Assembly (NCBI GenBank): GCA_028534125.1
Contig: CM052817.1
Span: forward strand, 82,834,001-82,898,000
Length of the DNA stretch: 64,000 bases
Source of the DNA: Lama glama
Taxonomy: Eukaryota
Direction of reading: 5' to 3'
A program made the position numbers and the translations under genes. Position 1 is the stretch's first letter; the number at the start of each line of letters is the position of its first letter. This document shows positions 13,656 to 26,733 of this stretch, in pieces. The notes below the pieces were generated by a model. That model was given only the letters and a program-made list of their open reading frames with translations. It did no database searches and was not told where the DNA came from.

Positions 13656-14030
13656 TGTATTAGTCAAGTTAGGCTAGACTTTGCTATGGTAACAGACAAT
13701 CCCAAATCACTGTGGCTTACAACAGCAAAAGTGTATTTTCTACTCATGCTGCATCTATAACCGGACATCGTTTTGGAAATAGAGTGATAGGAGTTTCAGC
13801 ATCTCAGTGTTGCTGATCACCATGACAGAGAAAAAGACTAAGTGGAAAAATACTTGGTAGCTCTTAAAGCTTTCTCTGAGAAACAACAAACGTCAGCTGT
13901 ATTCATATTTCACTGACCAAATTAATTCATGTGCCCATACCTAATTTCAAGAAGGTATGAAAGTACAATCCTATCATGTGCCCTGTGAAAAACCAACACT
14001 ATTTTTGGATGGTGCTAGTCACCATCACGT
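13656..14030 (-). mobile_element. MaLR LTR (MLT1I/J-like)
   Basis: tgtattagtcaagttaggctagactttgctatggtaacagacaatcccaaatcactgtggcttacaacagcaaaagtgtattttctactcatgctgcat...catatttcactgaccaa. Confidence 0.8.
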
Positions 14031-16423
14031 CTCACTCCTGACTTCATGATTTTTCTTTTGTTTAATCCCTCTTTGCCGCTATTAAATCATTCACCTATTT
14101 TTTATCGTTAATAATTTTAAAATATTTAATGTATTATTTTTAGTCATTTTCCAATTGAGGTTTAATTCCTTCCAAAATGAGTCTTGGCAAAAAAAAAAAA
14201 AAAAGAGGCATCCAACATATTAAGATATTCATCCAGCTTTCCCAGTAAACATAATGTACATCTACTTGTTTTCCTTCTCTGTACATTTCAGTATTTTTTC
14301 CAAGTCCAATCTTGAGCAGGAAATATAAAAGTTTATTTTTTTCTCCTAGGAATTGACCTTCTCAGTAAGAAGGTGTCAAGCACCAATGCTGGTACAACAG
14401 TTCTATCATCGCGGTAGGGCTTGTTCACATAATTTTACGTTCTCTTGTCATACATATTGAGATCTATTAACCAGCAACTTTTCATTTCTTTACCTTGCTC
14501 AATACAGAAACAAAATGTTTAGATGTATGTTTCTAAAAGCAATATATACAAGGGTTTGCATTTGTGTCAATAATGAATACATTATCTGAGGGAAAGAGAC
14601 AGGCAGTCTTTGGTTTTGCTTTGTTGTTTTGCTTTTGTACTATTGTTTACTTGGACTCCATTTCATTAATCTTTACTAAAGGTATTCAAATGCAAATTTT
14701 AAATTGCAGCTGTCTATTGAGATCTGGCTTTACTCCATACTTAGGTGAATAAAGGAGTGGGGGTGATACACAAAAATTTGGAGTATTTGCTATGATTGGT
14801 ATGAGTTGATTATCTCTTTTTAGCCTTAAGACACATGATGTGGGCACTGGTAAATGTTGGAACCAGGATTCAAACCAATGTTATGACTCCTGCTTCTCAA
14901 ATTCACAGCACTTTCCCTCACCCATTTAGGTACTTCTCAAGGCAGTATGTAATTTGTCAGCTGTACAATTACTGGGGTAATATCATCATATAATTATTTT
15001 TTAGCAAAGCATTTCTATCATATAACAGTAGGAAGGGAAGCAAGAATGTGGTAGAGAAAAGCACAATGTAAATCACCAAAGTTATCCATAGCTTAATACT
15101 TAAATAGAAAATTCTTCTCTGCAGATGCTTTATATGTTTTATAACTTTATTACTGCTCTATGTTAACAGGATGATTGCAAGGATTGTACTTATCACTCAA
15201 AGGATAAACGAACATGCATGACAGGATTGAACGTATATAATGACAATTACAAAAAGTGTGTGTTGGCTTGGGGTGAGGCTGAGGAGTAAGAAATAAGCCA
15301 TCAAGGAACCAATGCATTATGCTGACAGTAATGGCAAGACTTTGAAGTTTAAAAAGAACACATCTGCCAGAACTTACAAATGCACATAAGGACTGATGTT
15401 TACCAATCAGCTGATTAAATGGTGAGCACATGAAGACAAGCACTGGAGAAAAGCAAGCTCCCAAACTCTGACCAGGTTCTCAGACATAACAGAAAGCTAA
15501 GCATGCCAGAAAACTATTTCGAAACTATAAGTTAGCATTTTAGTTTTTGTCCAGTTTTGTGCTCAGGCATGCTCTGAAAATTACAAAGGGATCTTCAGTT
15601 CATTCACTATTGGATATAATTCTGTTCAGCTAGATCAGACAGAAACAAACTAAAATGGCTGTTGGGATTTCACAGGCAAATTCAAGGTCAAAAAGGAGTC
15701 AGCTGTGTAACAGGAACATTATGGTCTCAAGAGAATGGAATTTCTACATCATTTAGGGGACGTAGTATTACACATAACAGTTAACTGAAAGAAGAAACTG
15801 AAAAGAAACCACATTAAGGGTAAATGTTCAGGCGATCTTATTTTTTGTTGAAGATGTCAAGAATCCCTTCTTTGGAGTGGTTTGGAGTGGTTCCATATCA
15901 TGCTTTATCACTGACTAAAATGAGTCTTTAAAAGAATCAATTATCTGAATAATAAAATTTTACTTTATATTAATCTTATGGCTTTTACAGCATCTTTCCC
16001 TTGTGAACCAGGCACATATGAGAAACTCAAATGCCAGTAATTATTTAAATAACAACATATACAGTATTCATTATTGTCTTTGCTATTATGCAAAACATTT
16101 CTTCATGGGCCGATTATACTTCTCTTGTCTTTTAGATTCACACATGCTTAATTTCTAGCAAGGATGTTTTAACACATATGGCAATCTATTCCTGTAGTTA
16201 GGGTCTTTCCAGGCCTCCAGAGAAATTTTAATAATGGTATTTTACAATTAAAATTAATTTTACAATTAAAATTTATATCATAAGTTTCTGCAACATTTTT
16301 AGAAAGACATGAGATCTATTGAGTTGATGGGTACTCTTCTATAGTCTCAGTGAGACAATTATGTGAATTCTAACAAAGCCAATCAAAACTTAAATACAAA
16401 TATAGTTTTGGAGCTGATTGGTC

Positions 16424-16457
16424 GTGTGTGTGTGTGTGTGTGTATGTGTGTGTGTGT
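16424..16457. repeat. (TG)n microsatellite
   Basis: About 17 GT units with one interruption. Confidence 0.95.
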
Positions 16458-16647
16458 TCTTAACTTATGAAAAACTAATGGAGAACCTTGAATTCAGGCA
16501 CTGAAGGCATTAGTTCAGTTCTGATTCGGTTTGGCCTGGGTAACTACCTCCCTGTCTGTATTTCTTCAATGAATTCCCATAGGTTTACATCCTGTACATT
16601 TAGACTTTTAAACGCTGAGTGTTAACAAATCCTCTGCTGCTCCCTAC

Positions 16648-16670
16648 AAAAAAAAAAAAAAAAAAAAAAA
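16648..16670. repeat. Poly(A) run
   Basis: 23 consecutive A; no recognisable retroposon body upstream. Confidence 0.9.
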
Positions 16671-17174
16671 GATGTCTAGTTTGTTCCTCCCTACTGCAAA
16701 ACTATGCACAGACCAAGGACTGCAAATGTACTCTTTCCATTTGAAGTTGCATACTGGTGTCCATAGCTGTAGCATGTAAAGCACTCAGAAAATGCTTAGC
16801 ACATCACCGGTAAACATTGTGTCTACTATCATTAAGGTCACGGGACCTAGTTGAAAGAAGTAAATTCTCTGGAGATTAAACTGGTCAATTTCTCCCCAAA
16901 ACATAATGATCTATTTTGAGCCATGGCTGCATATTATCTGTACTACAAGCTGTCTCTTCATCAGGGCTGGTACAGTCTCAACCAATCTTCTTGGACGTTA
17001 ATAGTGATAATCAATGGTGCTACCACGTTTCTCTCAACCTTCACCATGAGGTGGTGAGGACAAACCCCTTTGTTGCTCTCTAGGTGATTACAGACATGCA
17101 AGGCAAAATTGGTGGCTGTTTCCACAGGCCTATCCCAATGCGCAAGGCATCATCTAGCAAAAGGACACCTTTTT

Positions 17175-17450
17175 ATTACTGTATGAGTCCATCTATGAAA
17201 TGTTCAAAAACAGGCAAAGGAAATCCATATTTTTAGTGACAAACACATAGGCGTTAAACTATTTAAAAAATAAAATGATTTTTTACAAGAGCCAGTACAG
17301 GGGCTAGGATCCTTAGAGACTTCCGAGTTTCTCTTAAGTTTTTTAACTTGGGTGGTAGTTAGGGAGGTATTTTCTCTGTAATTATTCTTTTAAGTGTGCA
17401 TGTATGTTCCATGAAATCTTCAATTCATGTTATATCTCACTGTTAAAGAA
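17175..17450 (+). mobile_element. L1ME-like 3' UTR fragment
   Basis: tactgtatgagtccatctatgaaatgttcaaaaacaggcaaaggaaatc...ttaacttgggtggtagtt. Confidence 0.6.
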
Positions 17451-17739
17451 GTAATAATGTGGAGAAAATACATTACTTACTTCTTTCCTAAAACCCTACT
17501 TGCTAGAAAGATTACCCAGTGTTTCTATGTGCATGCAGACGCTTTGTCCATACCCCCACCATAAAATACTCTCACCTTACAGTGTAATTCATTCTCTATT
17601 CATTAGACTGTGAACTTCTCCTAGGAAATCATTCTATTTAGGCACCTTCCTAAATCTGCCGCCAAGGGTACAGAATGTTAGCTTGCAGCCCCTAAAAAAT
17701 TGCTCCCTGTGAAGTACATTAATCAAGCAAGCAATCATT

Positions 17740-17925
17740 CAGTTTAAAGGACACAGAATGATCATGGGTTAGTGGAAAGATTTTAGAATCAATCCTTCCA
17801 GCCACCCTTACCACAACTGACACCAAATTCCATGCAGCTTTTGGTTAAGTTATTTATCTTCTCTGAGGCTAAATTTTCTCAGAAGTAAAATATATGTATT
17901 AACAGTTGCCTCACAGAATCTAGCA
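17740..17925 (+). mobile_element. MIR SINE fragment
   Basis: gggttagtggaaagattttagaatc...ttggttaagttatttatcttctctgaggctaaattttctcagaagtaaaa...gttgcctcacag. Confidence 0.55.
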
Positions 17926-17949
17926 TTTTCAAGTAATAATATACAAAAA

Positions 17950-18010
17950 TAGGGTGATTATTTCTCATCCGTATCAGGACACTTTTAATGGTAAAAGGGG
18001 ACATTAAAAA
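17950..18010 (+). mobile_element. MER81-like hAT-Blackjack fragment
   Basis: tagggtgattatttctcatccgtatcaggacacttttaatggtaaaaggggacatt. Confidence 0.55.
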
Positions 18011-18339
18011 CAGTTATAATATTTTGAAATATTATTAAACTAATTAATATAGTGGTTTTATAAAAGTTATATTTGAAAACTATTTTCAAAAGAAAAATTG
18101 CTTGTATCTACACACATTAAGGTAAATTTTTAAAAACCTATTTTTATTCTGACTATCACAAAATAAAGTAAGAATAGTTATCCCTTCTAATATATTTATG
18201 CATTTTAATAGGTTTCTTAGCCACTGGCTTTAATACTGCCACCAGTATTATTTTGAAGAATGTATTACTTCCTAGTAGAACATCATTTTTATTAAACAGT
18301 ATGTATGCATTTTTAATATAACTAATATTTATTGAGCAT

Positions 18340-19015
18340 TTAGTATTTTCTTGTTGTAAGGGGTAACTTGCATACAGAGAAATCTGCCAATATTAACTGT
18401 ACAGCTCAACATTGACATATGTGTACATCACATGCCCTCCATGTCAAGATACAGAATATTCTCATCACTCGTTTTGCCTCTTTCTAGTCAATCTACCTTT
18501 AAAACTAGAGGCAGACACTATTCTGGCTTATTGATATCACTATAGATTAGTGCTTTCTGTTCTTGAGCTTCATAACAATGGAATCATACTCTTTCTCATC
18601 AGTTTTTATATACTCTCTCTCTGTTTGGCTCCCTTCACTCAGGATTATGTCTACTGACCCATATTGTTATTTCTATCACTCATTTTTTTGCAGAAATGAA
18701 TTTCTATGTATGATGTATCACATTTTTATTTTTGCTCATTCTCTTACTGATGGACATTAAGGTTGTAGTTTCAGCTCTTAAGAATATAATATATATTCTT
18801 ATATATTATTTTGTTATAAATATTATTTTGAAATCTTTTGGGTAACATTAATTACATTCACTCATTTCTTTTAGATATACACTCAGAATGGAACTGCTGG
18901 GTCATAGAGCAGGTGTTTAACATTATTAGAAACTACAAATTTTTGCAAAGTGGTTGGATCATTTTCTACTCCACAAACAATATATGACTGCCGGCTGCTC
19001 TACATTTTTCAAACA
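18340..19015 (-). mobile_element. Old L1M 3' fragment
   Basis: tatagattagtgctttctgttcttgagcttcataacaatggaatcatac...tgatggacatt...ggaactgctgggtcatag...gcaaagtggttggatcattttctactccac. Confidence 0.8.
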
Positions 19016-20119
19016 ACTATGCTTACCAAAATCATATTTAGTCTGAATATTTATATAACAATATTTTTACATTTTGATGACCAGAGTTTTTTTTGACTGG
19101 AAGAATATTACAACTTGTTTGGCAAAGTTATGGATTATGCGCTTACCAAAACCAACTCCAAGTTTTCCAATTTAGTAAGAACAGAAGTTTTATTATAATT
19201 CCATGCTTTGCCATATATGCATTTGTCCTATCACTCCAAACACATATAATTTATACTAATGTGAAACCTTTAATTGAATTTACAGTGGCACACACAATGT
19301 CAGATGTGTAACCTCTAGCAGAAGGGTATTATAAAAGTGAAAATTTGATTTAGATGGAAAAATGTAATGATTGTTGGGATTAATTATCTGATTTTCTATG
19401 GAAGCATCAGATTATGCAGATGTAAAACTAAGTTCTGTTAACAAGTTCAATTATTATATATAACAATTATTGCATCAATTTCTGCACATACACACAAAAC
19501 TTTGAATAGAAAATGAGTAAAACTAATTTAGAAAAATAGTTACGTGATATACACCAAAAATCATGCAGACAGAATGCGATTTAAATATTCCTTCTGCCTC
19601 AGGCCATGTCAAATTATTGCTATGATCATCTAAAAGTAATTACTTACATTTAAAGTACTGGCTGATTCTTTGACACTATTCTGCTTTTCATGTTGTCTAT
19701 GCAGCCCCTATACCTGTTAATGTCAGGAAATATCTTGTCAAGTTACACAAATCATCAACTCCCCTGAAAAACTGAATTTCAATTTACCAAGCTTTTCACT
19801 AAATGTGCACTTTTGATTGTGTATATTATGAAAAGGATGTATTACAACACTAAAAACATTGCTAAGTTTGTATATGTATCACATTACAATTCTAGGTTCC
19901 ACCTTACTCGATATGTAACTACATGGCTCTAGCAAGCATGCTCAAAGCATTCTTTGTAAGCGCAGCAGCAGAACTGCTCAGTCCCTGTTTACAACACATA
20001 TTTCATATACACGTAGCCTATAATTTCTCATGTTTCCCAATCACTCTGATTTCTGGCCAACTGACAGCTTCATGATCTCTTAGGCAATGGCACATACTCA
20101 TACTCTCAGGAAATGCCTT

Positions 20120-21080
20120 TACACCATATTCTTTAGAAATTTGAAACCAAGTGTCTTGGCAGCCCAGGTCCTTTATCTTGGATCCTTGGGAACCGTGGAG
20201 CGGACTGGCTGCTTCTCCCCAGGCATCTGCCTGGGACCTCGCTCACGCTTTTCACCTTCTCCTACCCCCTCCATGGGATCCTCAGACTCAAGACTAGGGA
20301 CCACTTTCATGACTACAAAGGCCTCACCATTCCTTTGACCCAGATACTGTAACCTTGCACTCTGGGGGATCGAGGTGTGTGATGACATCCTGGTTGTCCC
20401 CTTCTCCCCCTGGGTCAGTGGACTAAAGGGCCACCAGGCTAGCTTCCAGTCTGGTTTCCAGTCTTCCTACAATAGTACAAATTCCAAGCTACCTCAACCT
20501 ATTTAGCTCCCTCTTCAACTCACTGATGAGGGGCTTCCCTCAGGCTGCGTCCTTTCCTCCACCCTACTGACAGGTATATCCAGTTCGCGGCTGTTGGACA
20601 GATTTCTTCGGCTTAATCATTGTGAAGAGAACCCATGGTTCTAGAGACTCTTTGCTCCTTATTTACTTCCATCTCTCCAACACCATACCTTGCTCATTAT
20701 GAGTATTTTTTCTGTAGCAAATGCTCCCTCCCCATACCTTACGGGGCTCCCTGCTGCAGCAAAGAGCTCGAGCTTCCCTGTACCTGGGGCTGTGGAAGTA
20801 CTTCTGAAGGCCAGGTCCTGCTTGGCTATCATTATTTGGTGCTGTGCTAAAAACAAGCAGCACAATGGGATTTAATTTTGTGGTCTAAGCAGGAAAGGTT
20901 CCACATGGCAAGGTTGGATACGATAACCAGGTTTCTGGCATTTTCCCACCAGGAATGCCTGGCAGATGGCTGGGGGCCTCAGTTATTTCCTTTCTAACAA
21001 AATAAAAACAGGTCACCCAACAGACAAAAGACACCTCCTACCAGCAATGAAATCAGGAGTTAGCTGTCTCCAGACATACA
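20120..21080 (-). mobile_element. Possible degenerate LTR-retroelement internal segment (leader plus gag-like)
   Basis: GC-richer block. The - strand has a GT/pyrimidine-rich leader-like tract (gtgtcttttgtctgttgggtgacctgtttttattttg) followed by a stop-interrupted frame MVLERWK*..EPWVLFTM..LISELKRELNRLR*..GRLETRLEASLVAL*. Family not recognised. Confidence 0.3.
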
Positions 21081-22924
21081 CAGCTAAGAGCACTTCATTT
21101 TATCAGCAAGCATTCTGTATTCCTTTTACAAAGAAAGGTTTAGTCCTTTGTATCTAAACAGGCTATGTTGGGGAGAGGGGATGAAACTTACATGCTTAAC
21201 TACATGGTAAAATAAGAACTGTTTCCACTCATGCATCTCACACATTAACAACTGAAACTGTAACAAAGCTCAGAGTACAACGTGGGAGTTGTCAAACTCA
21301 AAGCTTATTTTTAATAAAAATTAGTACTATATTAAAACTGAAAAATCTACGACAAATCATAAACTAAATAGAAAACCAGGATTCCTGGAAAAAAATAGGG
21401 GTGACTAGGGCAAAAGTAGTTGTAAAGTTACCCTGTACAAGGGGCATCTGGCATCTGCCTGGTAAAAAGCTAGCAGTGCTCTTTGGTTTCTATAGGTACA
21501 TAAAATGGTCCTCATTAATGAAAACCTATTTTGACTACCTTCCCTAATGCTCCAAAGAAAAATGTACTTACTAGTACATTTACTTAGTGTGTTCAGTAAC
21601 TTGGTATAAAATATTTATCTTGAATTAATATAACTAAGAAATGAAAACAAGCCTAAACAGCCAGTTCAAACCTCTGTAATGGGATGCAGGGATAGATGCA
21701 TGGATGAACTGTTTGAGAGACAGATTAAAAACTAATGATAAATAGGTTATTGCTCTGTTTTAAAATGACCCAGATACAGAATATGAACTGTCCAGAAAGG
21801 TGAGGTCCATGAAGACAAGAGGTGGAATGATCTCTGGCAATTTTCAGCATTAGCCTGGCTTGCATAACTCTTTTCTGTTGAACAGAGCCACAAAGCAAAG
21901 TTTGCCATTTGCCAGAAGTTACACCAGTTGAGAATATCATTTTGAATGTTCTAATGTTACAAGGAATCTGTTATATTTTTTTAAAGTTATTTTCAACTAA
22001 TCCTTCCAACCGGCCAAGGAGATCTGTGATGCATCAGAGCTGCCCCATCATGTTTGCAACGTGCGGACAGCTCTCTGCAAGTCTTTGGCAACAGCCTGTG
22101 AATCTGTGCCGAAGAGGGGTGGTTTTAAAAGTAGATTTCTCTTTGTATTTGTTGTTGTTTCTCCAAATACTCGGTTTGCAGCAGCATCTGCTATCTCAGC
22201 TCAGACGGTCCAAACAGATGTGCCATTACCTCATGTGATGAGCAAGCCGCCTGAACAAAGCGCCTGCTCCTCTTTGGCAGGTAGTCCTAGACACTTTGTT
22301 TAAACCCAGTTGTAAAAATAGCCTGAATCCACCAGGGAATGGGAACTAATGAGAGGCCATTTCTCTGCAAACTTGGTGAGGAGGATAATGGACTCCTTCT
22401 AAGTCCCCAGTTTTACTAGTGTTTCCATTTCAGCAAAATGTGCTTTTGACACAGCTTTCAAATTATCACTGAATTTATCAAGCCTATTTTACTTGACGTA
22501 GCTGCTCTTGGAGAAGCAGATCAGAAGATGACTTCTATGTTTCTAAATACATAGTGAGTGTGAAGCGTGAGCAGTCAGACTGTGGTGTCTTCAGTCTCCA
22601 CATCCTGCTGCATAAAGGAAGCAAGCAGGGTCCCAGACGCATGCACTGGTCACAGGCAGCAACTCGACACTAAACGTGCGATATCGCTCGTGGAATTCTG
22701 CATCTCGTCCCACGATAAATGAGTACAGTGATAATTTTTCACTTGCACTAACTGTTGAGGAAATAAATAATCTACTGCCACCATGTTCTCTCCTAACAGG
22801 TGAGAGCTTTTTTTTCCACAAAGCTCCTCACCATACTAGGAAGATCAACCTACTGGCTCACCCTTTTGGAGGCAGAGTCGTTGGACTCGGGCAACGTGGG
22901 AACATGGTTTACTCTCTGTAGGTA

Positions 22925-23330
22925 ATGCACAGTGTGGCTTTATGCACATTTCCTCATTTAAATTTCGTACAACCTAAGTTATATGACACTATCTGAATTT
23001 TACTCACGTGGAAATCGATAAGAGCATCGTCTACAAGTTCAAATCCTGAAGTTGGCAGAGAAATATTGAAGTTCATTATATGTTAACTCCAGGTTATGTT
23101 TTCTTTCTACTGAGCCAGGCAAGTAACTTCAGGCATTACTACTTACAAACTCTGAGCCTCAATTTTTTTCCCCCATAAACTGGTAATTTTATAGACTGAA
23201 AGAAAATGCAAACATACAGACACATGCAGGCACAAATGTAGAAACCACAGGCTCACACATGCATCTCCTCATATTGCTTAGCATAGAGTCTGGAGCATAA
23301 TAAGTGACCGATAATGGTAGCTAGTTTCCT
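22925..23330. mobile_element. Adjacent MIR fragments in opposite orientations
   Basis: tttatgcacatttcctcatttaaatttcgtacaacct... (antisense), then caaactctgagcctcaatttttttcccccataaactgg...cttagcatagagtctggagcataataagtg (sense). Confidence 0.6.
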
Positions 23331-23699
23331 TTTTATGATATTTGTTAAGTGTTAGTAACTGTTGATTGCTTAACACTTATCCATCCTAAAGGTTATCAGA
23401 ACTCAAAATAAGTGGCCTAGAAAGAGCTTTATTCACCCTAAATGATACCTTAATGATGGTCTCTCTGAAAACTTGGCTATTGAGTAGAGTACATCCATAG
23501 TTTTGGAAAGAGAGATGCTTCCTTCTAGAGCCCAACAGACACCTCACCACGAAGGCCTTCATTCGGACACCGCGCTGTCAATGGCCTTAGGCACTGAGGC
23601 TCACTTTGGACCGGTTAAGGGAGGCTGTTTTGAGTTAATGATATGGCAGATAACTTATTTTCTGCTTTGTTTAGCATGGTGATTTTGATCTGGGCTGTA

Positions 23700-23865
23700 A
23701 AGCAATTTAGTTGCTGTATAATCTTGAACAAATTATTTAACTGGGCTAACTCAAAGCTCCTCCTTTTTAAATGGAGGAAAAAATTTTGCCTGCCCATATA
23801 CAGTATCTAACATAACAGTACCTCAAACATAACACATACTCAGTAAATGTTAGCTCCTATCTTTG
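23700..23865 (+). mobile_element. MIR SINE fragment
   Basis: ttagttgctgtataatcttgaacaaattatttaactggg...acatactcagtaaatgttagct. Confidence 0.6.
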
Positions 23866-26159
23866 TTTACTAATATTATCATTACTACTAATAATGAGAA
23901 AACTATTATTTTGATTTCAATGATAACCTTCTTTCAGCTGTGAAAATTTCAAAGCAGGTCAAATACATGCAATAATTAACTTAAAACTGCCTTTAAAAAG
24001 ACAGAAATTAAGGGTTTTTTTAAAAAAAATTATAGCAGCTATAATTGAGACATAATTGCTTCTACGTTTTAAAATTATATATCCTCTGGCAAAAGGCAGG
24101 GTTAAAGGCTAAAAATTGTAGGAAGCAACAGAAAATCACATAGTAGCACATATATTGGATAGTGAGGATGTTTTAAATTCAAGTTACTGTATGTGGGGAT
24201 TTTGCCTTACAGTTGGTCTGTTTCATAAGGGGGAGGAAGGAGGGAAAAAAGAAAGGAAGAAAATATCTGCAAATAACTTCTCCCATCTCTTCACATTTCT
24301 TTGATGTCTGCTTGACAATGTGTTTTGAATGATAAGCAGCTGTGTCTTCTAGAGCTTTAGAGCTGGAAGGTGTCTGAATAATAATTCATTTTAAGACAGT
24401 CTTTTTATGAAAATATGACACAACTGAAGCCAAAGGATCTAATTGATTATCCAAAAGTATTTGTTTAGGGGATGGGAAAGGGAAAGAGACATTTATCAGG
24501 GTGAAGAGATTCGGGGTGAGTCTAATTTTTTAGATAACTTTCAAAGCCACAAGTGGATTTTTATGTCTTCACTATCAGAGCAAAGAGTGAACACACATAA
24601 CCCATTTAAATGTCAACTGTCACACAGACAGTGCAGAGATCATTGGAGTTCAAATGAGAAAAATACAGCTTTTTTTCAGATTAAGGTAACATGATACTTC
24701 TTTCTCCGTTCAGTGCAGACAATAGTGTGAAGCCAGTATCTGGGGTTTTGTTTTATAATGTCTTTGGGGCAAGTTTTCTTCCACATACAGTAATTAGAAA
24801 TATTGACAAAATTTGTCAGTGGCCAGCAGGCAATTTCACACTTCAAAAAGGTATTTTTAGTTAAAGAAAGAAAAAAAAAAAAAACCTTGGTAACATTTTC
24901 CCCCATTGAACACACCCAGCTATCCCTTTTCTAGCCACATCGATGTGCTGATTTATGGACATGGGGCATAGTATCCATTTTTTTAAAAAAAAAAAGATTG
25001 TTTTCAATGAAGCAAAACCATACAAAGTGCTTGTTTTTGTTCATGGTGGTATGCAGAGAAAAAACTGCCAACCCCTCGGAAATAAATAAGCAAAAAATAA
25101 TCAACCAATAATACACTTTTTACAAAGATTCTTAACATAAAGAAATGGTTTCACCAATCTATTTCATGAAGAAATTTTTAAATCTGATGATTGCATTTAA
25201 AATACATCCCTAGATTTACAGGTAGAGTTATAAAGGTGAAGAGCTTTTCATCTCAAAAATAGGGCATTTTGTCACTCAGATTTCAGGACACAAGACTGAT
25301 GACCTGTATTTTGATTCTTCATTTCTCCCCTAATGCAATAACAAAGCTTTTTTAATGTATGTATTCTTATGTGTATAAACAACACTCCTTGAAAGATTAC
25401 ACAGAATTTCAAACCTTAGTTTGGTCATAGATCTCATTCACTCATTTTAAGCAAAAATGAAAAAGCCAAAAACTTGGATTCAGCTCAAAACAAATATGTC
25501 AAGACATTAAACATTAAATTATCTGTGTTGTCTTTAAAAAATTTTTTAAAGGAAAAGGAAGAATAATTAAGCAAAAAGGAGGAACGTCGTAGGGATGAGG
25601 GGAAAAAAAGAGAGATTCTTGAGGAAATTTAAGACTTAGAGTCAAAATTAAGAAAGGGAAAAAACCTGGCTAAACCTGTGGTGGCAAATACATAGATACG
25701 ACCCATTTTCTAAACAGCCTAGATTACAAGGAATAATAAACTTGGAAGAAAAGATAGCTGTTGAGATTTTCCTCTTCTAATACTTGATGGGGGCAGAAAG
25801 CTTCCCTTCTCCTATACCTAGATCTCTGGCTTGTTGATACCGTCATGAAAATAATTCGTTACCAGTTATCACACAAAGTGTCTTTCTTGTGAAGAGAAGA
25901 GACAACTCCCTAGCCCATCTTCACCAGTGAACTGGGGATCTCCTCTGTCACTGGTTCTCCGCAAGGCTCCGACTGTGGCCATCCTTGTCCTTCTAGGCCC
26001 TCTGCTCCCCACTGTTCTGCCCTGCACAGATGAGCGCCCTCCTCCAGCAAGCAAGGCATCAGATCTTCCTGGCTTTAGACTACGTATGTTTTTAAATAAC
26101 AGCTATAATAAGCTACCACGATTTCCCTTTAGAAGTAAACATGGGCTAAAACAAACTTG

Positions 26160-26380
26160 TCGTGGTGTAATGGAAAGTCAGCGAGACTTCTGTTCAAATT
26201 CCAGTTCCAGAACTGACCACCTGTGTGACTGTGGGATTGCTATTTAACATCTGGGCTTCATCTTTCTCATCTGAAATTTAAGGATTCTACATGGAAATAC
26301 ACATAAAGGCCTAGGACAGTGTCTACTGTATAGTATACAGCATAGCACAGTTTTCCAATAAGCAGTAATTGCTACTAATA
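26160..26380 (+). mobile_element. MIR SINE
   Basis: cgtggtgtaatggaaagtcagcgagacttctgttcaaattccagttcc...tgtgtgactgtggg...ctttctcatctgaaa...ggcctaggacagtgtct. Confidence 0.7.
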
Positions 26381-26454
26381 TCACAATTAACACTACTGAC
26401 ACAAACATTACCATTAACAGCAATTTCCTTTCTCATCTATGAAATAAGAGAATA

Positions 26455-26733
26455 TTTTCCTGGCTTGTGACTACGTATCCTAATTTCTGCCCCTCTTTTC
26501 ACATTAACTTCTCCTCCAAGTCTACATTTTCTCCTCTTCTGTCTCTTATCAGGGAATTTGTCATTGGATTTTGGACCCACCTGGATAACCAGGATGATCC
26601 CACATCAAGATGCTCAACCCAACTGTATCTGTAAAGATCCTATTTCCAAATAAGGTCATATTCAGAGATTCCACAAGTCAGGACAGGTATGTTGACAGGC
26701 GGGTGGCAGGGGGGCACCATTCAACCCACAACA
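26455..26733 (-). mobile_element. MaLR LTR fragment (MLT1B/C-like)
   Basis: gtcattggattttggacccacctggataaccaggatgatccc...atctgtaaagatcctatttccaaataaggtcatattc...ggcaccattcaacccacaaca. Confidence 0.8.

Noticed and set aside
14350..14413. Possible + strand exon (ttttctcctag|GAA...CG|GTAGGG)
   Set aside because: Weak donor, unrecognised peptide, and opposite to the inferred transcription direction.
16648..16670. Poly(A) as the tail of a retrocopy
   Set aside because: No AATAAA, recognisable body or TSD; treated as a simple repeat.
25869..26247. Overlapping ORFs in a GC-richer patch
   Set aside because: No recognisable homology, no convincing splice-site pair, and the + ORF runs into a MIR.
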